64,000 bases of DNA from Eledone cirrhosa (taxonomy: Eukaryota), in the NCBI GenBank assembly GCA_964016885.1, contig OZ024744.1, positions 70,060,001 through 70,124,000 on the forward strand. The letters run 5' to 3'. The notes under the pieces are model-generated. The model ran no database searches. It was not told where the DNA came from and saw only the letters and a program-made list of their open reading frames with translations. Shown in pieces: positions 1 through 14,500 of this stretch (position 1 is its first letter; each line of letters begins with the position of its first letter). The translations under genes were made by a program, and so were the position numbers.

Positions 1-56
1 TTCCCACGTCTTCTCAACCACGGCCGTCTGGCACACCACTAGATGGGACAGCGAGC

Positions 57-1729
57 TTGTCTGACGCCCGAGCCTTGCTGGTCAACATCTCTCGGCTCAG
101 GCGGCTCCGGAAGATCCCACTCAGGATCCCGAGAACGGCACGGGTGCCGGTAGCCGATGCCCTCACCTCCTCGATTGAGAGCGCCCTGGACTCCAATCGA
201 TCCAGTGACTGGGAGCGGTTGCTCTATTTCGCCCCACTCGCCCTCGGCCTCCCCAGCTCTGGCGCTGACCGGGTCGGCCGGTCAATAGCAGACTTCGTCA
301 AGGCCAATGTCTCGTCCTTTGGGCGAGCGCCCATTCCAAGCGTGCCCAGGGACGCCACACACCCCACCCTCAGGTACCCCTTATCCTCCACCCCTGAGGC
401 CAGCGCCTAGCGTTTTCGTGACCAAGTAAACGCCAAGCTTATCATGGGTGATGTCTCGGCCGCAGTCAGAGTTGTTCCCACCGAGGAGGTCCTGGCTGCT
501 CTGCGACTCAAACACCCTGAGCCACCCACTGATCTCAGACCCATACCCTCACCCGACCCCCACTTGCTCCTTGTGGCTTCTGATGCAGACATCATGTCCG
601 CCATCAGTTGCTTCCCAGCTAGCAGGTGCGGAGGTGTTGATGGTCTCCAACCAGGCCACCTCAAGGAGTTGACATCCCCCCTCTCCGCTGAGGCCGGGCG
701 CCGTCTTCTGAGTGAAATTGTAGTGCTCACCACTAAGCTCATCCATGGTGCCCAGGACCTTTACGCCCGTGGCCTCTTTTTTTCGGCCAACCTCACCGCT
801 CTCAGGAAGAAAGAGAGTGGCATACGCCCCATTGCTGTGGGCAATGTATTCCGGAGGCTGACTGCCAAGGTGATCTGCAAGTCCGTAACACACGAAATGG
901 GTGAGGAGTTTAGTCAGGTGCAACTAGGTGTCGGCGTGTCCGGTGGTTGCGAGGAGGCCGCTCATGCAACCAGGCAGTTCTTCAACAGCTGCCCATCAGA
1001 ACCGGCATCCAGGGACTCCAGGCACCTCATTGTCAAGCTTGACATGAGGAATGCCTTCAACTCTCTACGCCGGGATAATCTGCTCGAGGCCTGCCTCAGC
1101 TGAGCCCCCCCCTGCCTACCCGCTGGCCGACCTGTCATATGGAGCACCAAGCATGCTCCTTGCTGCTGATACAGTCATACCCTCGGCTACTGGGGTCCAA
1201 CAGGGTGACCCTTTGGGACCCCTCCTGTTCGGTATTGACCACATCGCCCAGAGTATCACGGCCCCTCTCAACATTTGGTATCTGGATGATGCTACCTTGG
1301 GCAGGCCCGTACAGACGGTCTACCATGACCTTCAATCGGTGGTTCCTGCCCTGGCGGGAATCGGCCTCCAGGTCAACTCCGCCAAGTCGGAGGTGGTGAA
1401 CGTCAGCCTCGATGTTGCGAGCTTTGCAGCCTCTTTCTTGGACGTGCGGTCCATTCTCCGCCAGGTTCAGGTGACCCTCAAAGAGGATGTCCTCATCCTC
1501 GGATCACCGATCCACCCACCGGCCATCCGCTCCACCATCAGGTCCAGGCTTCAACAGCTCCAGACTCTCACGAGCCGACTGGGCTTGACTGACGGCCACC
1601 CAGCTCTCTTTCTGCTGAGGAACTGCTTCGCCATGCCGAAGCTCCTCTATACACTCCGCAGCGCTCCGTGCTACACCCAGACATCTCTCCTCGCTGACCT
1701 CGATACTTGTATCCGAGCAGCAGCCGAAT
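57..1729 (+). mobile_element. CRE-clade-like non-LTR retrotransposon, frameshifted RT region, 3'-truncated
   Basis: ORFs 444-1103 and 1051-1794 carry IRPIAVGNVFRRLTAK, QLGVGVSGGCE, KLDMRNAFNSL, GVQQGDPLGPLLF and WYLDD. GC-rich sequence switches abruptly to a PLE pLTR at ~1730. Confidence 0.8.
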
Positions 1730-1757
1730 GTTTTTTAACCTTCATATCATGTCTCCC

Positions 1758-1828
1758 TATTTTATCTGACGAAAACGCAAATGTCATCTCATGATGATAA
1801 TTGTTTTTGAAATGCGCATAATAAAATA
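1758..1828 (+). ncRNA. Type I minimal hammerhead ribozyme in PLE pseudo-LTR
   Basis: TATTTTAT-CTGACGA-AAAC..GTTTTT-GAAA-TGCGCA-TA-ATAAAATA: 8-bp stem I and palindromic stem/loop III. Confidence 0.85.
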
Positions 1829-1858
1829 CATGGAACTCTTTTAACCATCTTTTGATCT

Positions 1859-1917
<59 letters not shown>

Positions 1918-1990
1918 AACAAAAGATGGTTAAAAGAGTTCCATGTATTTTATTATGCGCATTTATTGTACTACAATAAAACTCACCTCC

Positions 1991-2088
<98 letters not shown>

Positions 2089-2092
2089 GAGA

Positions 2093-2172
<80 letters not shown>

Positions 2173-2280
2173 CTTATTTTTTCAAGACATTTTGTATAGA
2201 AATCAACACATCTTTTCACAAAAAAAAAAAAAAATTTCGAAAAATGTTGCAACCGAAGGAAGACAGGAAGACGATACTTT

Positions 2281-2570
2281 GGTTCGTGGAGACGTTCCCT
2301 GGCAAAGAACAGGGGAAAACGAAGATAATACGTCATTATTTGGAGCGGTGAAAACAATTACACGCAAAGACAAAATCACGTTTATGGTATAAATGAAGTC
2401 GTAGACTAATATTCTATTTAGGTGGTTCGTGGAGACGTTCCCTGGCAATGAACGGATAAAACGAAGATAATACGTCATTATTTGGGGGAGTGAGAACAAT
2501 TACACGCAAAGACAAAACCACGTTATAATGTCTCGTTATAAATGAAGTCGTAGACTAAAATTCTATTTAG
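2281..2570. repeat. Two-copy ~141-bp tandem duplication
   Basis: GGTTCGTGGAGACGTTCCCTGGCA...GAAGTCGTAGACTAA starts at 2281 and again at ~2423. Confidence 0.8.
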
Positions 2571-2804
2571 GAAACCGAATGATTCTCAGCTTCAGAGTTA
2601 AGAAAAATGTAAATAAACAGAGGTTATTGAAATCAACAAAAATTAAATATATACGCATCCATATACGTACATACACATGCATGCGCGAAAACACCCGCCA
2701 TGGGGATGCAAATACAAGCACGTACTCAAAAACACGCGCGCACATACAAGCCCACGCAACGCCTGTACCCGCACACATACGAACGTATATACATATATGT
2801 GTAA

Positions 2805-3135
2805 TATATAAGAGCAAAAGATGGTTAAAAGAGTTCCATGTATTTTATTATGCGCATTTCAAAAACAAATATCATCATGCAATAACATTTGCGTTTTCGT
2901 CAAATAAAATAGGGAGACATGATATGAAGGTTAAGGTTATTTTATCTGACGAAAACGCAAATGTTATTGCATGATGATATTTGTTTTTGAAATGCGCATA
3001 ATAAAATACATGGAACTCTTTTAACCATCTTTTGATCTTATATATTATTTATACTCCAGTCCTACAAACTGTAGAGTGCTTCTTATCCGATATCTGCATT
3101 GCTTTATTGTACTACAATAAAACTCACCTCCTACA
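2805..3135. mobile_element. Inverted pair of PLE pseudo-LTRs, each with a HHR (minus 2841-2911 with C3U; plus 2938-3008 intact)
   Basis: 2805-2911 is the reverse complement of 2938-3045. Same family as 1730-1860 and 60400-60625. Confidence 0.8.
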
Positions 3136-3249
3136 TATATGTGTATATAGATATAAACATACATATACTCTCTCACACATACACTCACACATGTGTAGTG
3201 AATCTTTAATTGCTGGTCTCTCTATATTTTGACATCATCTCCTTCCTCA

Positions 3250-6200
3250 TTCATTATGTGTAGATGTGTGTATGTAATCTACAGCGTGTATAGCTTATAT
3301 GTATGTATGTACCTGTCTAGTGTGTATCTATTTTGTGTATGTATTTCTAGATATATGTGTATCTAATATGTATGTATATATCTAGTGTTTGTGTCTACTT
3401 TGTATATGTATGTCTAGATATATGTGTATTTAATATGTATGTATATATCTAATGTCTGTCTGTGTTTCTATATGTAAGTGTAGTTATGTGTATATAGCTA
3501 ATATGTATGTATATATCTAGTGTCTGTTTGTTTGTGTATATATGTGTAAATATGTGTATATATCTAATATGTATGTATATATCTAATGTCTGTCTGTGTT
3601 TGTGTATATATGTGTATATAGCTAATATGTATGTATATATCTAGTGTCTGTCTGTGTTTGTGTATATATGTGTAAATATGTATATATCTAATATGTATGT
3701 ATATATCTAATGTCTGTCTGTGTTTGTGTATATATGTGTATATAGCTAATATGTATGTATATATCTAGTGTCTGTCTGTGTTTGTGTATATATGTGTATA
3801 TAGCTAATATGTATGTATATATCTAGTGTCTGTCTGTGTTTGTGTATATATGTGTAAATATGTGTATATAGCTAATGTGTATGTATATATCTAGTGTCTC
3901 TGTGTTTGTGTATATATGTGTAAATATGTGTATATAGCTAATATGTATGTATATATCTAGTGTCTGTCTGTGTTTGTGTATATATGTGTAAATATGTGTA
4001 TATAGCTAATGTGTATGTATATATCTAGTGTCTGTTTGTGTTTGTGTGTATATGTGTAAATATGTGTATATAGCTAATATGTATGTGTATATCTAGTGTC
4101 TGTCTGTGTTTGTGTATATATGTGTAAATATGTGTATATATGTGTAAATATGTGTATATAGCTAATATGTAAGTATATATCTAGTGCATGTGTCTATTTT
4201 GTGTGTGTATATGTCTAGTGTCTTTCTGTTTTTATATGTATATATAGATATGTGTATATCTGATATGTATGTATATGTCTAGTGTCAGTTTTGTGCGTAT
4301 ATATGTGTAGACATGACGCAGGAGATGGCAGCGATAATGAGGGACAGAGACCGCTGGAGAGAGCTCGTCCATGGGTATCGGGAATTTTACCCGCCCTAGA
4401 TAGATATGTGTAGATATGTCTGTATCTAATATGTATGTATATATCTAGTGCCTGTCTGTGTTTGTGTATGTATATCTAGTGTATAACTCTGTTTTGAGTA
4501 TGTGTGTTGATGTGTGTGTATATCTAATATGTATGTATATATCTAGTGTCTGTCTGTGTTTATGTATATATGTGTATATATCTAATATGTATATATCTAG
4601 TGTCTGTTTGTGTATATATGTGTATATAGCTAATATGTATGTATATATCTAGTGTATGTCTGTGTTTGTGTATATATGTGTAAATATGTGTATATATCTA
4701 ATATGTATGTATATATCTAGTGTTTGTGTATATATGTGTAAACATGTGTATATAGTTAATATGTATGTATATATCTAGTGTCTGTCTGTGTATATATGTG
4801 TAAATATGTATATATCTAATATGTATGTATATATCTAGTGTCTGTCTGTTTGTGTATATATGTGTAAATATGTGTATATATCTAATAAGTATGTATATAT
4901 CTAGTGTCTGTCTGTTTGTGTATATATGTGTAAATATGTGTATATATCTAATAAGTATGTATATATCTAGTGTCTGTCTGTTTGTGTATATATGTGTATA
5001 TAGCTAATATGTATGTATATATCTAGTGTCTGTCTGTGTTTGTGTATATATGTGTAAATATGTATATATCTAATATGTATGTATATAACTAGTGTCTGTC
5101 TGTTTGTGTATATATGTGTAAATATGTGTATATAGCTAATATGTATGTATATATCTAGTGTCTGTCTGTGTATATATGTGTATATAGCTAATGTGTGTGT
5201 ATATATCTAGTGTCTGTCTGTTTGTGTATATATGTGTAAATATGTGTATATAGCTAATGTGTGTGTATATATCTAGTGTCTGTCTGTATATATATGTGTA
5301 AATATGTGTAAATAGCTAATATGTATGTATATATCTAGTGTCTGTCTGTGTTTGTGTATATATGTGTATATACCTAATATGTATGTATATAACTAGTGTC
5401 TGTCTGTTTGTGTAAATATGTGTATATATCTAGTGTCTGTCTGTGTTTATGTATATATGTGTAAATATGTGTATATAGCTAATGTGTGTGTATATATCTA
5501 GTGTCTGTCTGTGTTTATGTATATATGTGTAAATATGTGTATATAGCTAATGTGTGTGTATATATCTAGTGTCTGTCTGTCTGTATATATATGTGTAAAT
5601 ATGTGTATATATCTAATAAGTATGTATATATCTAGTGTCTGTCTGTGTTTGTGTATATATGTGTAAATATGTGTATATATCTAATATGTATGTGTATATC
5701 TAGTGTCTGTCTGTGTTTATGTATATATGTGTAAATATGTATATATCTAATATGTATGTATATATCTAGTGTCTGTCTGTGTATATATGTGTAAATATGT
5801 ATATATCTAATATGTATGTATATATCTAGTGTCTGTCTGTTTGTGTATATATGTGTAAATATGTGTATATATCTAATATGTATGTGTATATCTAGTGTCT
5901 GTCTGTGTTTATGTATATATGTGTAAATATGTATATATCTAGTGTCTGTCTGTGTTTGTGTATATATGTGTAAATATGTATATATCTAATATGTATGTAT
6001 ATAACTAGTGTCTGTCTGTTTGTGTATATATGTGTAAATATGTGTATATAGCTAATATGTATGTATATATCTAGTGTCTGTCTGTGTATATATGTGTATA
6101 TAGCTAATGTGTGTGTATATATCTAGTGTCTGTCTGTTTGTGTATATATGTGTAAATATGTGTATATAGCTAATGTGTGTGTATATATCTAGTGTCTGTC

Positions 6201-8680
6201 TGTCTGTATATATATGTGTAAATATGTGTATATATCTAATAAGTATGTATATATCTAGTGTCTGTCTGTGTTTGTGTATATATGTGTAAATATGTATATA
6301 TCTAATATGTATGTATATATCTAGTGTCTACCTGTGTTTGTGTATATATGTGTAAATATGTGTATATATCTAATATGTATGTGTATATCTAGTGTCTGTC
6401 TGTGTTTATGTATATATGTGTAAATATGTATATATCTAATATGTATGTATATAACTAGTGTCTGTCTGTTTGTGTATATATGTGTAAATATGTGTATATA
6501 GCTAATATGTATGTATATATCTAGTGTCTGTCTGTGTATATATGTGTAAATATGTGTATATATCTAATATGTATGTATATATCTAGTGTCTGTCTGTTTG
6601 TGTATATATGTGTAAATATGTGTATATATCTAATATGTATGTATATATCTAGTGTCTATCTGTTTGTGTATATATGTGTATATATGTGTATATACCTAAT
6701 ATGTATGTATATAACTAGTGCCTGTCTGTTTGTGTAAATATGTGTATATATCTAGTGTCTGTCTGTGTTTATGTATATATGTGTAAATATGTGTATATAG
6801 CTAATGTGTGTGTATATATCTAGTGTCTGTCTGTTTGTGTATATATGTGTAAATATGTGTATATAGCTAATGTGTGTGTATATATCTAGTGTCTGTCTGT
6901 CTGTATATATATATGTGTAAATATGTGTATATAGCTAATATGTATGTATATATCTAGTGTCTGTCTGTGTTTGTGTATATATGTGTATATACCTAATATG
7001 TATGTATATAACTAGTGTCTGTCTGTTTGTGTAAATATGTGTATATATCTAGTGTCTGTCTGTGTTTATGTATATATGTGTAAATATGTGTATATAGCTA
7101 ATGTGTGTGTATATATCTAGTGTCTGTCTGTTTGTGTATATATGTGTAAATATGTGTATATAGCTAATGTGTGTGTATATATCTAGTGTCTGTCTGTCTG
7201 TATATATATATGTGTAAATATGTGTATATAGCTAATATGTATGTATATATCTAGTGTCTGTCTGTGTTTGTGTATATATGTGTATATACCTAATATGTAT
7301 GTATATAACTAGTGTCTGTCTGTTTGTGTAAATATGTGTATATATCTAGTGTCTGTCTGTGTTTATGTATATATGTGTAAATATGTGTATATATCTAATA
7401 TGTATGTGTATATCTAGTGTCTGTCTGTGTTTGTGTATATATGTGTATATATCTAATATGTATGTATATATCTAGTGTCTGTCTGTTTGTGTATATATGT
7501 GTAAATATGTGTATATATCTAGTGTCTGTCTGTTTGTGTATATATGTGTAAATATGTGTATATATCTAATGTCTGTCTGTGTTTATGTATATATGTGTAA
7601 ATATGTGTATATATCTAGTGTCTGTCTGTTTGTGTATATATGTGTAAATATGTGTATATATCTAATGTCTGTCTGTGTTTATGTATATATGTGTAAATAT
7701 GTGTATATATCTAGTGTCTGTCTGTGTTTGTGTATATATATGTGTAAATATGTGTATATATCTAATAAGTGTGTATATATCTAGTGTCTGTCTATTTTGT
7801 GTATATAAGTGTAAATATGTGTATATATCTAATAAGTATGTATATATCTAGTGTCTGTCTATTTTGTGTATATATGTGTAAATATGTGTATATAGCTAAT
7901 ATGTATGTATATATCTAATGTCTGTCTGTGTTTCTGTATATATGTGTAAATATGTATATATATCTAATATGTATAAATCTATCCAGTGTATATGTCTATT
8001 TTGCGTATGTATGTGTAGATATGTCTGTATCTAATATGTATGTATATATCTAATGTCTGTATATAATATGTATGTATATATCTAGTGTCTTTCTCTGTTT
8101 TGTGTATATGTATGTGTAGATGTGTGTATATATCTAATGTGTATGTATATGTGTCTGTGTCGGTTTTGTGTATGTATGTGTTTATATCTAATATGTATGT
8201 ATATGTCTAGTGTGTGGATCTCTGTTATGTATGTGTAGATATGTGTGTATCTATTTAATATCTATGTATATGTCTAGTGTCTTATATGTATGTATATGTC
8301 TAGTCTATCTGTTTTTGTGTATGCGTAGATATCTGAGTATCTTATATATATATATATTATTAATGAAGTGATTCCGTCGGCAAAATATTAATAAATGAGA
8401 AATATCATAACCAAAGTATATATTTTATTATACACTAGCTAATGTGTATGTATATATCTAGTGTCTGTCTGTGTTTGTGTATATATGTGTAAATATGTGT
8501 ATATAGCTAATATGTATGTGTATATCTAGTGTCTGTCTGTGTTTATGTATATATGTGTAAATGTGTATATAGCTAATATGTATGTATATATCTAGTGCAT
8601 GTGTCTATTTTGTGTGTGTATATGTCTAGTGTCTTTCTGTTTTTATATGTATATATAGATATGTGTATATCTATATATAC
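3250..8680. repeat. ~60-bp-unit minisatellite array built from AT/GT microsatellite-like pieces
   Basis: Dozens of variants of TATGTATGTATATATCTAGTGTCTGTCTGTGTTTGTGTATATATGTGTAAATATGTGTATATA(G/T)CTAA. Confidence 0.95.
4311..4405 (+). mobile_element. 3' end of an RTE-like LINE inserted in the minisatellite
   Basis: Translates MAAIMRDRDRWRELV, followed by a TAGA-repeat tail. Confidence 0.6.
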
Positions 8681-8697
8681 ATATAAAAACAGAAAGA

Positions 8698-10301
8698 CAC
8701 TAGCAGAATGGCCTGGCGTTGCTCGGGATTTGCTCTAGGGTTCTTATATATTTGATATATATTTCTCCTTATCGAGCCTCGTGAAATAAATACGTTTGTT
8801 TATATTTTGTTATTGTGTATGCAAAAATATCTGTACACGAATATATAATTATATATATATATACCAAGATATTAATAAATGGAAACTATATTTATAAAAC
8901 CATATTTATTTTATTATATATATTTCAAGGGCGACCAAGCCAATCTTGGTGCGCTTTCATCAGATAAAATACAAAATTTGTTTTATAAATAACGACATAC
9001 CCATGGAAATCAACCTTAACGGTTGGAAATTCGCTGGATAGTGGAAACTTATTAGGGGTAATTCAAAGTTATATGTGAATATACAAATGAATGAATGAAA
9101 AAATTGAAAAAACAACCGTTTATTTAAATTACGCTGGAGAGAGATAGGGAAGAAAGAGAAGAAAGAGAGAGAAAAGGAAATTATTGTTATGAGATAGGGA
9201 GAAGAAAGCAATTTATCAGCGGATGAACTCATGTAACGTAAATAAGTCTTAAGTTTATATAAAGTTTATATTAATGTTACGTATATTTACTAATTATTGT
9301 TAGAATTCTAATATAATACAATGTAATATTTACTATTATAAGTATATAGAAAAAATAAATATATATAAAGATATATTCAAAAATAAATTAAAATAAATAG
9401 ATTTAAAGTAGAAAATAGGAGAATCAATAGATAGAAAAATATAGATAGAAGAATAGATATATGAGTGGATAAATGGGTATATCATGTTATAGATAATTGT
9501 TTTAATAAGTTATGAGGGATACTGGTTTATATTTAGTGTAAGTAATTAAATTAACTGAATTAATAAGATTATTTATAAGTTTTTAATGTTTTAAATTGGG
9601 AAGATACTGAAAATCCCAGTTTTGTTTATTTATTAGTTAGTATGAGACCATTTTGACGAAGATATAAATGTTGAAAGATATATTTAGCCAGAATTAGTTA
9701 TTGGTTATAACTCTAATATTAAATAATTAAAAATTATTAAAAGTATTAAAAAATATTTAAAAATATTAAAATATTAAAAGTTCTGGAGAAAAAAATTCTG
9801 GAAAAAATTTCTGGAAAAAAAAAAAATCTCAAGATACTCAAAAACTCTTTAAAAAATAAAAATACTTGAAAAATACTTAAACTATTTTAAATGTTTAAAA
9901 ATATTTTAAAATATTTAAAATTATTTTAAAAAATTTGAATAATCTTTAAAAAGTAATTTTTTAAGAAATAAGTAATTTTAAAAAAAAAGTAATTTTTAAA
10001 TATATGAGATATTTTAGAAATAAAATAAAAAATGAGATATTTTAGAAGTAAAATAAAAAATGAAAGATTTAAGAAGTAAAAAATATTAAAATTAAAGTTA
10101 AACTTAAAATTAAAAAAAATTTTAATAAGTGAAATTATAGGTATTGGAATAAAGTAAACATTATGTAGAAAAAATTATAAGTGTAATTATATTTTATATA
10201 TAGTTCTAAACGTTGAGTTTAGGCGATGTTGTGTGCTCTATATCAGTTATAAACATTTATGTTTGTCGGAATTCCGACAAATTAAATATAACTTCTACAT
10301 A

Positions 10302-10386
<85 letters not shown>

Positions 10387-10815
10387 CAGATTAAAGTTTA
10401 AGTAAAAAATCGCTGCTTTCACCCTTCTCTAAACTAAAAAAATCAATCTGTGAACGCAGAAGTAAATATTTCGAAAAATGTTACACACTATATATATACA
10501 CACACACTATATATACACACACATATAGCGTCATAATGTCGTAATGCAGATAGCCAGACATACAGACAGATATTATAAGGGCGCAACGTTATATCTATGT
10601 ATCTATCTAAAAAGAGAAAGATTAAGAATTATAGAGAGAGATCGCTAAATCGCCCAATGCGGTCCCTAGGGCATTGAAAATTTGAAATATGTTTTGCTCA
10701 AAACACTCACAGGACCATAAATATTACATGTGTAAAGTTTGAAAACAATCGGTTGGGTGGTTCTCGAGTTTTAGGGAGTCAGACAGACAGACATTCTCTG
10801 TTTTAGATATATAGA
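8698..10815 (+). mobile_element. Non-autonomous HINE/DINE-1-like rolling-circle element interrupted by a PLE fragment
   Basis: 5' ACTAG..CCTGGCGTTGCTCGGG short hairpin. 3' AAGTTTGAAAACAATCGG..(CAGA)n..TTTTAGATATATAGAT. Confidence 0.55.
8868..10300 (-). mobile_element. 5'-truncated PLE (3' UTR + pLTR) with HHR at 8907-8971
   Basis: Homologous to 16565-18165. Minus strand reads TATTTTAT-CTGATGA-AAG..CTT-GAAA-TATATA-TA-ATAAAATA. Confidence 0.8.
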
Positions 10816-10861
10816 TATTTCAAAGGTACAATGTTTCAGTACGTTTTCCTCAGATAAAATA
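10810..10861 (-). ncRNA. HHR truncated at its cleavage site
   Basis: Minus strand TATTTTAT-CTGAGGA-AAA..TTT-GAAA-TATCTA-TA; the 3' strand of stem I is absent. Confidence 0.6.
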
Positions 10862-10933
10862 TATAAGAGATTGGATATGCCACCTACCGCTAAGGAACTT
10901 GCATCTTCAATTCCTGTATATATATATATATAT

Positions 10934-11068
10934 AAGAAGACATACGTCAAGCAACTTGAGGACGATACTGGATGCACTGCGGAAGAACTGGCAAACGCTA
11001 TGAGAGACAGAGATGGATGGAGGAAATGTGTCGTAGAAAGCCGAGCAAGCTCGACCTGATGATGATGA

Positions 11069-11070
<2 letters not shown>
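10934..11070 (+). mobile_element. RTE-like LINE 3' end
   Basis: TYVKQLEDDTG..MRDRDGWRKCV..stop, then a (TGA)n tail. Confidence 0.7.
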
Positions 11071-11129
<59 letters not shown>

Positions 11130-11519
11130 GGGTGTGGGTGTAGGTGTGTGTTAATGTGTGTGTGTGTGTGTGTGTATATTTATCTCGCGTGTGTATATGT
11201 AGATATGCATGGAACAGGGGCAACGGAGAGGAGTTCCAGCAGCTAGATCCTGTCAACAAAATATCCCTACGGTTTAAATACACAACCAGTCTCCGATATC
11301 CAAATGGCAAACCCAAGAATAATGACCTTGATGCGGCCCGACACCACTACAGTGTAAAGAGTTAAGAGCCGAAACACATGCATAAGGGTGGGGTGTGGCT
11401 TCTTCTCTGAAGTCCTACTGTTCATCTCTCCTGAGAGTTTCTTAACACTGTGTGTATGTTAAGTGTCTGTGTGTTTCTGTGTATGTGTGTGTGTATGAAT
11501 ATGTATCTATCTATCTGAT

Positions 11520-14500
11520 AGAGATAGATCTGTCAAACCAATCGCAGCACCTAAAGAACGCTGCGCAACATATAACTTTCGAAGGTAACGGCTTTCGAAT
11601 AAGTACCCCACAGGAAATTAGAGCCGTGATCTTAAGAAAAACAATTTTCTTCACAAACCAAGAAACCGATGGCTTTAAGCAATAGCACGGTGGAAACCGC
11701 ACTAAAAGAGGCAATACCAGACATTGCTTACCACCAGAGGGCCAAGCAGTATAGGAGCATCTCGGTGCTCTTTAAAATCGAGGCCCTTGCTCAGAAATAT
11801 TCGGTGGCTCCAATTAGAACGAGCCAACATATTTTCTTCCCAACATACATGGGAAGAAGAACCCATAAAATAAGGATCTGCCAGATCCTACCGAACACCA
11901 ACATTTGGTGGATCCTGAGTGGTTTTTTGGAGGAGGGTGAAGACAACCTCCTCTCTGCAAAAAAATCAATCCGACAGACTGGAGCGGAACCTCAATTGAG
12001 CTTTTAGTTCAAATGAAACCGGAGAGGATTGAAAAATACCGGAAAGGGTGCCGGTGGATGATAACCATGTTGTCCACATCGCAGTGGAGGGCGAAAGACC
12101 ACAATGTTTCAAATGAGGAAAAGACACACATTTAAAAGCATTTTGCCCAATGCTGGATATGGAAAAACAAAAGAAGACGTTGTTGCCAACCCCAAAACTA
12201 CAACAGGCATACCCGAAAACAAAAAAACACAACCCCCAAACAATCAACATTCACCCAACTATCACAAACCACAATAGACACCACACCAAAAATTCCCCTG
12301 AAGGACTCTGTCCCACCCCTTCCCCCTCTGTCCAACACTCCCACAAACACACACACAACATACCCCTCCCACCTACCCACAATAATAACACCTCAGACAC
12401 GGCAACCTCAACATCTCCAAGTAAGGATGAAGAGGAACCCCAAAAATCCAAGAAGCAAAAAAGACAGAAAAAATACAACAAAGACATCAACTGAAAACAC
12501 GCACACACCCAACACTGACATAAACGTACCACCAGAAACGACAACCACACCAACAACACAACCAGACACTTCACTAACAAAACAAACACTCACACCACTA
12601 CAATCAGAAACCCAACCACAAAAAGAAAACTACAAAGAGAAACAGTACAAAGAACTGGTGGAAACTGTCCGAAAAAACCCCACAATACAAACGGAAAGAA
12701 AAACTTCCCCATCAACGTCCCACCCCCAAACCTCAAACTTATCAGGGTAACAACCCTACAGTACGAAACTTTAAAAGAGAACTTCCCACCTGATGTGGGG
12801 CCCCCCTTGCCAAAAACCCCTTAACCGTGTCCTGCTAAAATAATTCCCTCCCTCCCAAAACACCACCAATCTGGACATGGAGATCGAACAATCCGACCTC
12901 CAGGAAACGAAAAGGTAAGTGTTCCTGCATTTTCTCTCCTTAACTCTTCTTCACCAACATGGCGACTATACAAGCTGGATGTTTGAATGTACGTGGCCTG
13001 GACATGTCCTGGAAACGGCCAGATTTTAAATGATCTCAGGTCACATTGTATAGATGCGATAGCCATCACCGAATCCAGGATTCACGACAAGCAGCAGCTA
13101 ACCCCCATGTTCGATGATTTTGAGATCTACGCATCTCTCTGTCAGCCAGGAGGTGCAGGGGGGGGGGGGGGGGGTTGCTGTTCTGTTTCGAAAAAACTTG
13201 ATCTCAAAATTCAGACGATTCACTTGGACCCGCTGGGCAGCCTGGTAGTCCTGAACGTGAATGGTAGTGAAGGTGGAGCTTTCAGACTGGTGGCCGTATA
13301 TGCCCCGACTGGGACATCGCGACCAGAGTTCTTCAAGCGTCTGGAGCCATTCCTGGGAACGTCTCGCTCCTTAGTATTAGCGGGGGATTGGAATAGCATC
13401 CTAGACGCACTTTGGGACTATGTAGGAGCTTGTGATAATAGAGAGGGGTGTAATAGCCTCAAAAATCTCATCAGCCAATTTCAACTGGGTGATAGATATC
13501 GACTACACTTCCCAAGTGCACCACTATGGACGTGGAGCAACCGCACTGGGTCTTCTAGATCGTATTTAGATAGATTTTTTAATTAGGCAGAATGATAAGG
13601 AAACATTAAGCTGTCCACAAATGCACATGGTTGCCTATTCAGACAACAAATTAGTCACCTGCATAATCAACCTTGATAGAATACATAGACAGGGACCCGG
13701 ATACTGGAAGCTAAACATGTCGCTCCCGGCGCGTAAGGCCTACAGTAAACGGAGTAGCACCTTAGTTAAGTGCCAGTTGACGGGGGCGATCGTCAACAAC
13801 AGGTGGTGGAGCTCTCTCAAGTGAGCAATTAGAGTAGAATCAATAGCATTTAGCAAGGAAGTAGCTTTAGAAAAAAACAAAACTGAAAAGGAACTGGTAG
13901 CTAAAGTAGAAGAGGCACTTAGGAATGGCAGTACAGCTAACGTGCTAGCGGCAAAAGCGGCACTAGACCAGTTCTTCAACGTGAAACACGAAGGTTGTAT
14001 TGTCAGAAGTAGAACACGTGCTCTAAGAAACGAGGCAGCCAAAGCTGTTAGCTGGGCCCGAGTGACAGAGGCGAAAAGTGGCAACAAATCCACAATTCGG
14101 TCTTTGCAAGACAAAGATGGACGCATTATACTTGAATCCAAACAGATGTGCACGGCCTTTCAGCAGCATTTTGCACAACTGTTCGGCAAAGTGGTACGTC
14201 GAGCGAGGTGATGGACTTCAGCTCCTACCTCGACGGCGTACCACGACTCTCGAGCACGGATGCAGAGAGCTGCGAAAGGCCGATCACAGCGGGAGAAATA
14301 GAAGATGCTCTAGGCCGCTGCGGGAAACGCAAATCATCTGCTTTAGATGGTTTACCCTATGAGTTTTACATAGGCATGCCGGACTTGTTCTCTGGAGTCC
14401 TCGAAGCGGTCTACTGCAACTGGCAGCAAAACGGGAGGATTCCCAGTTCTGTAGGAAGAGTCGTAGTAACGCTGATCAGGAAAGATGAGAACAAGGGGGA

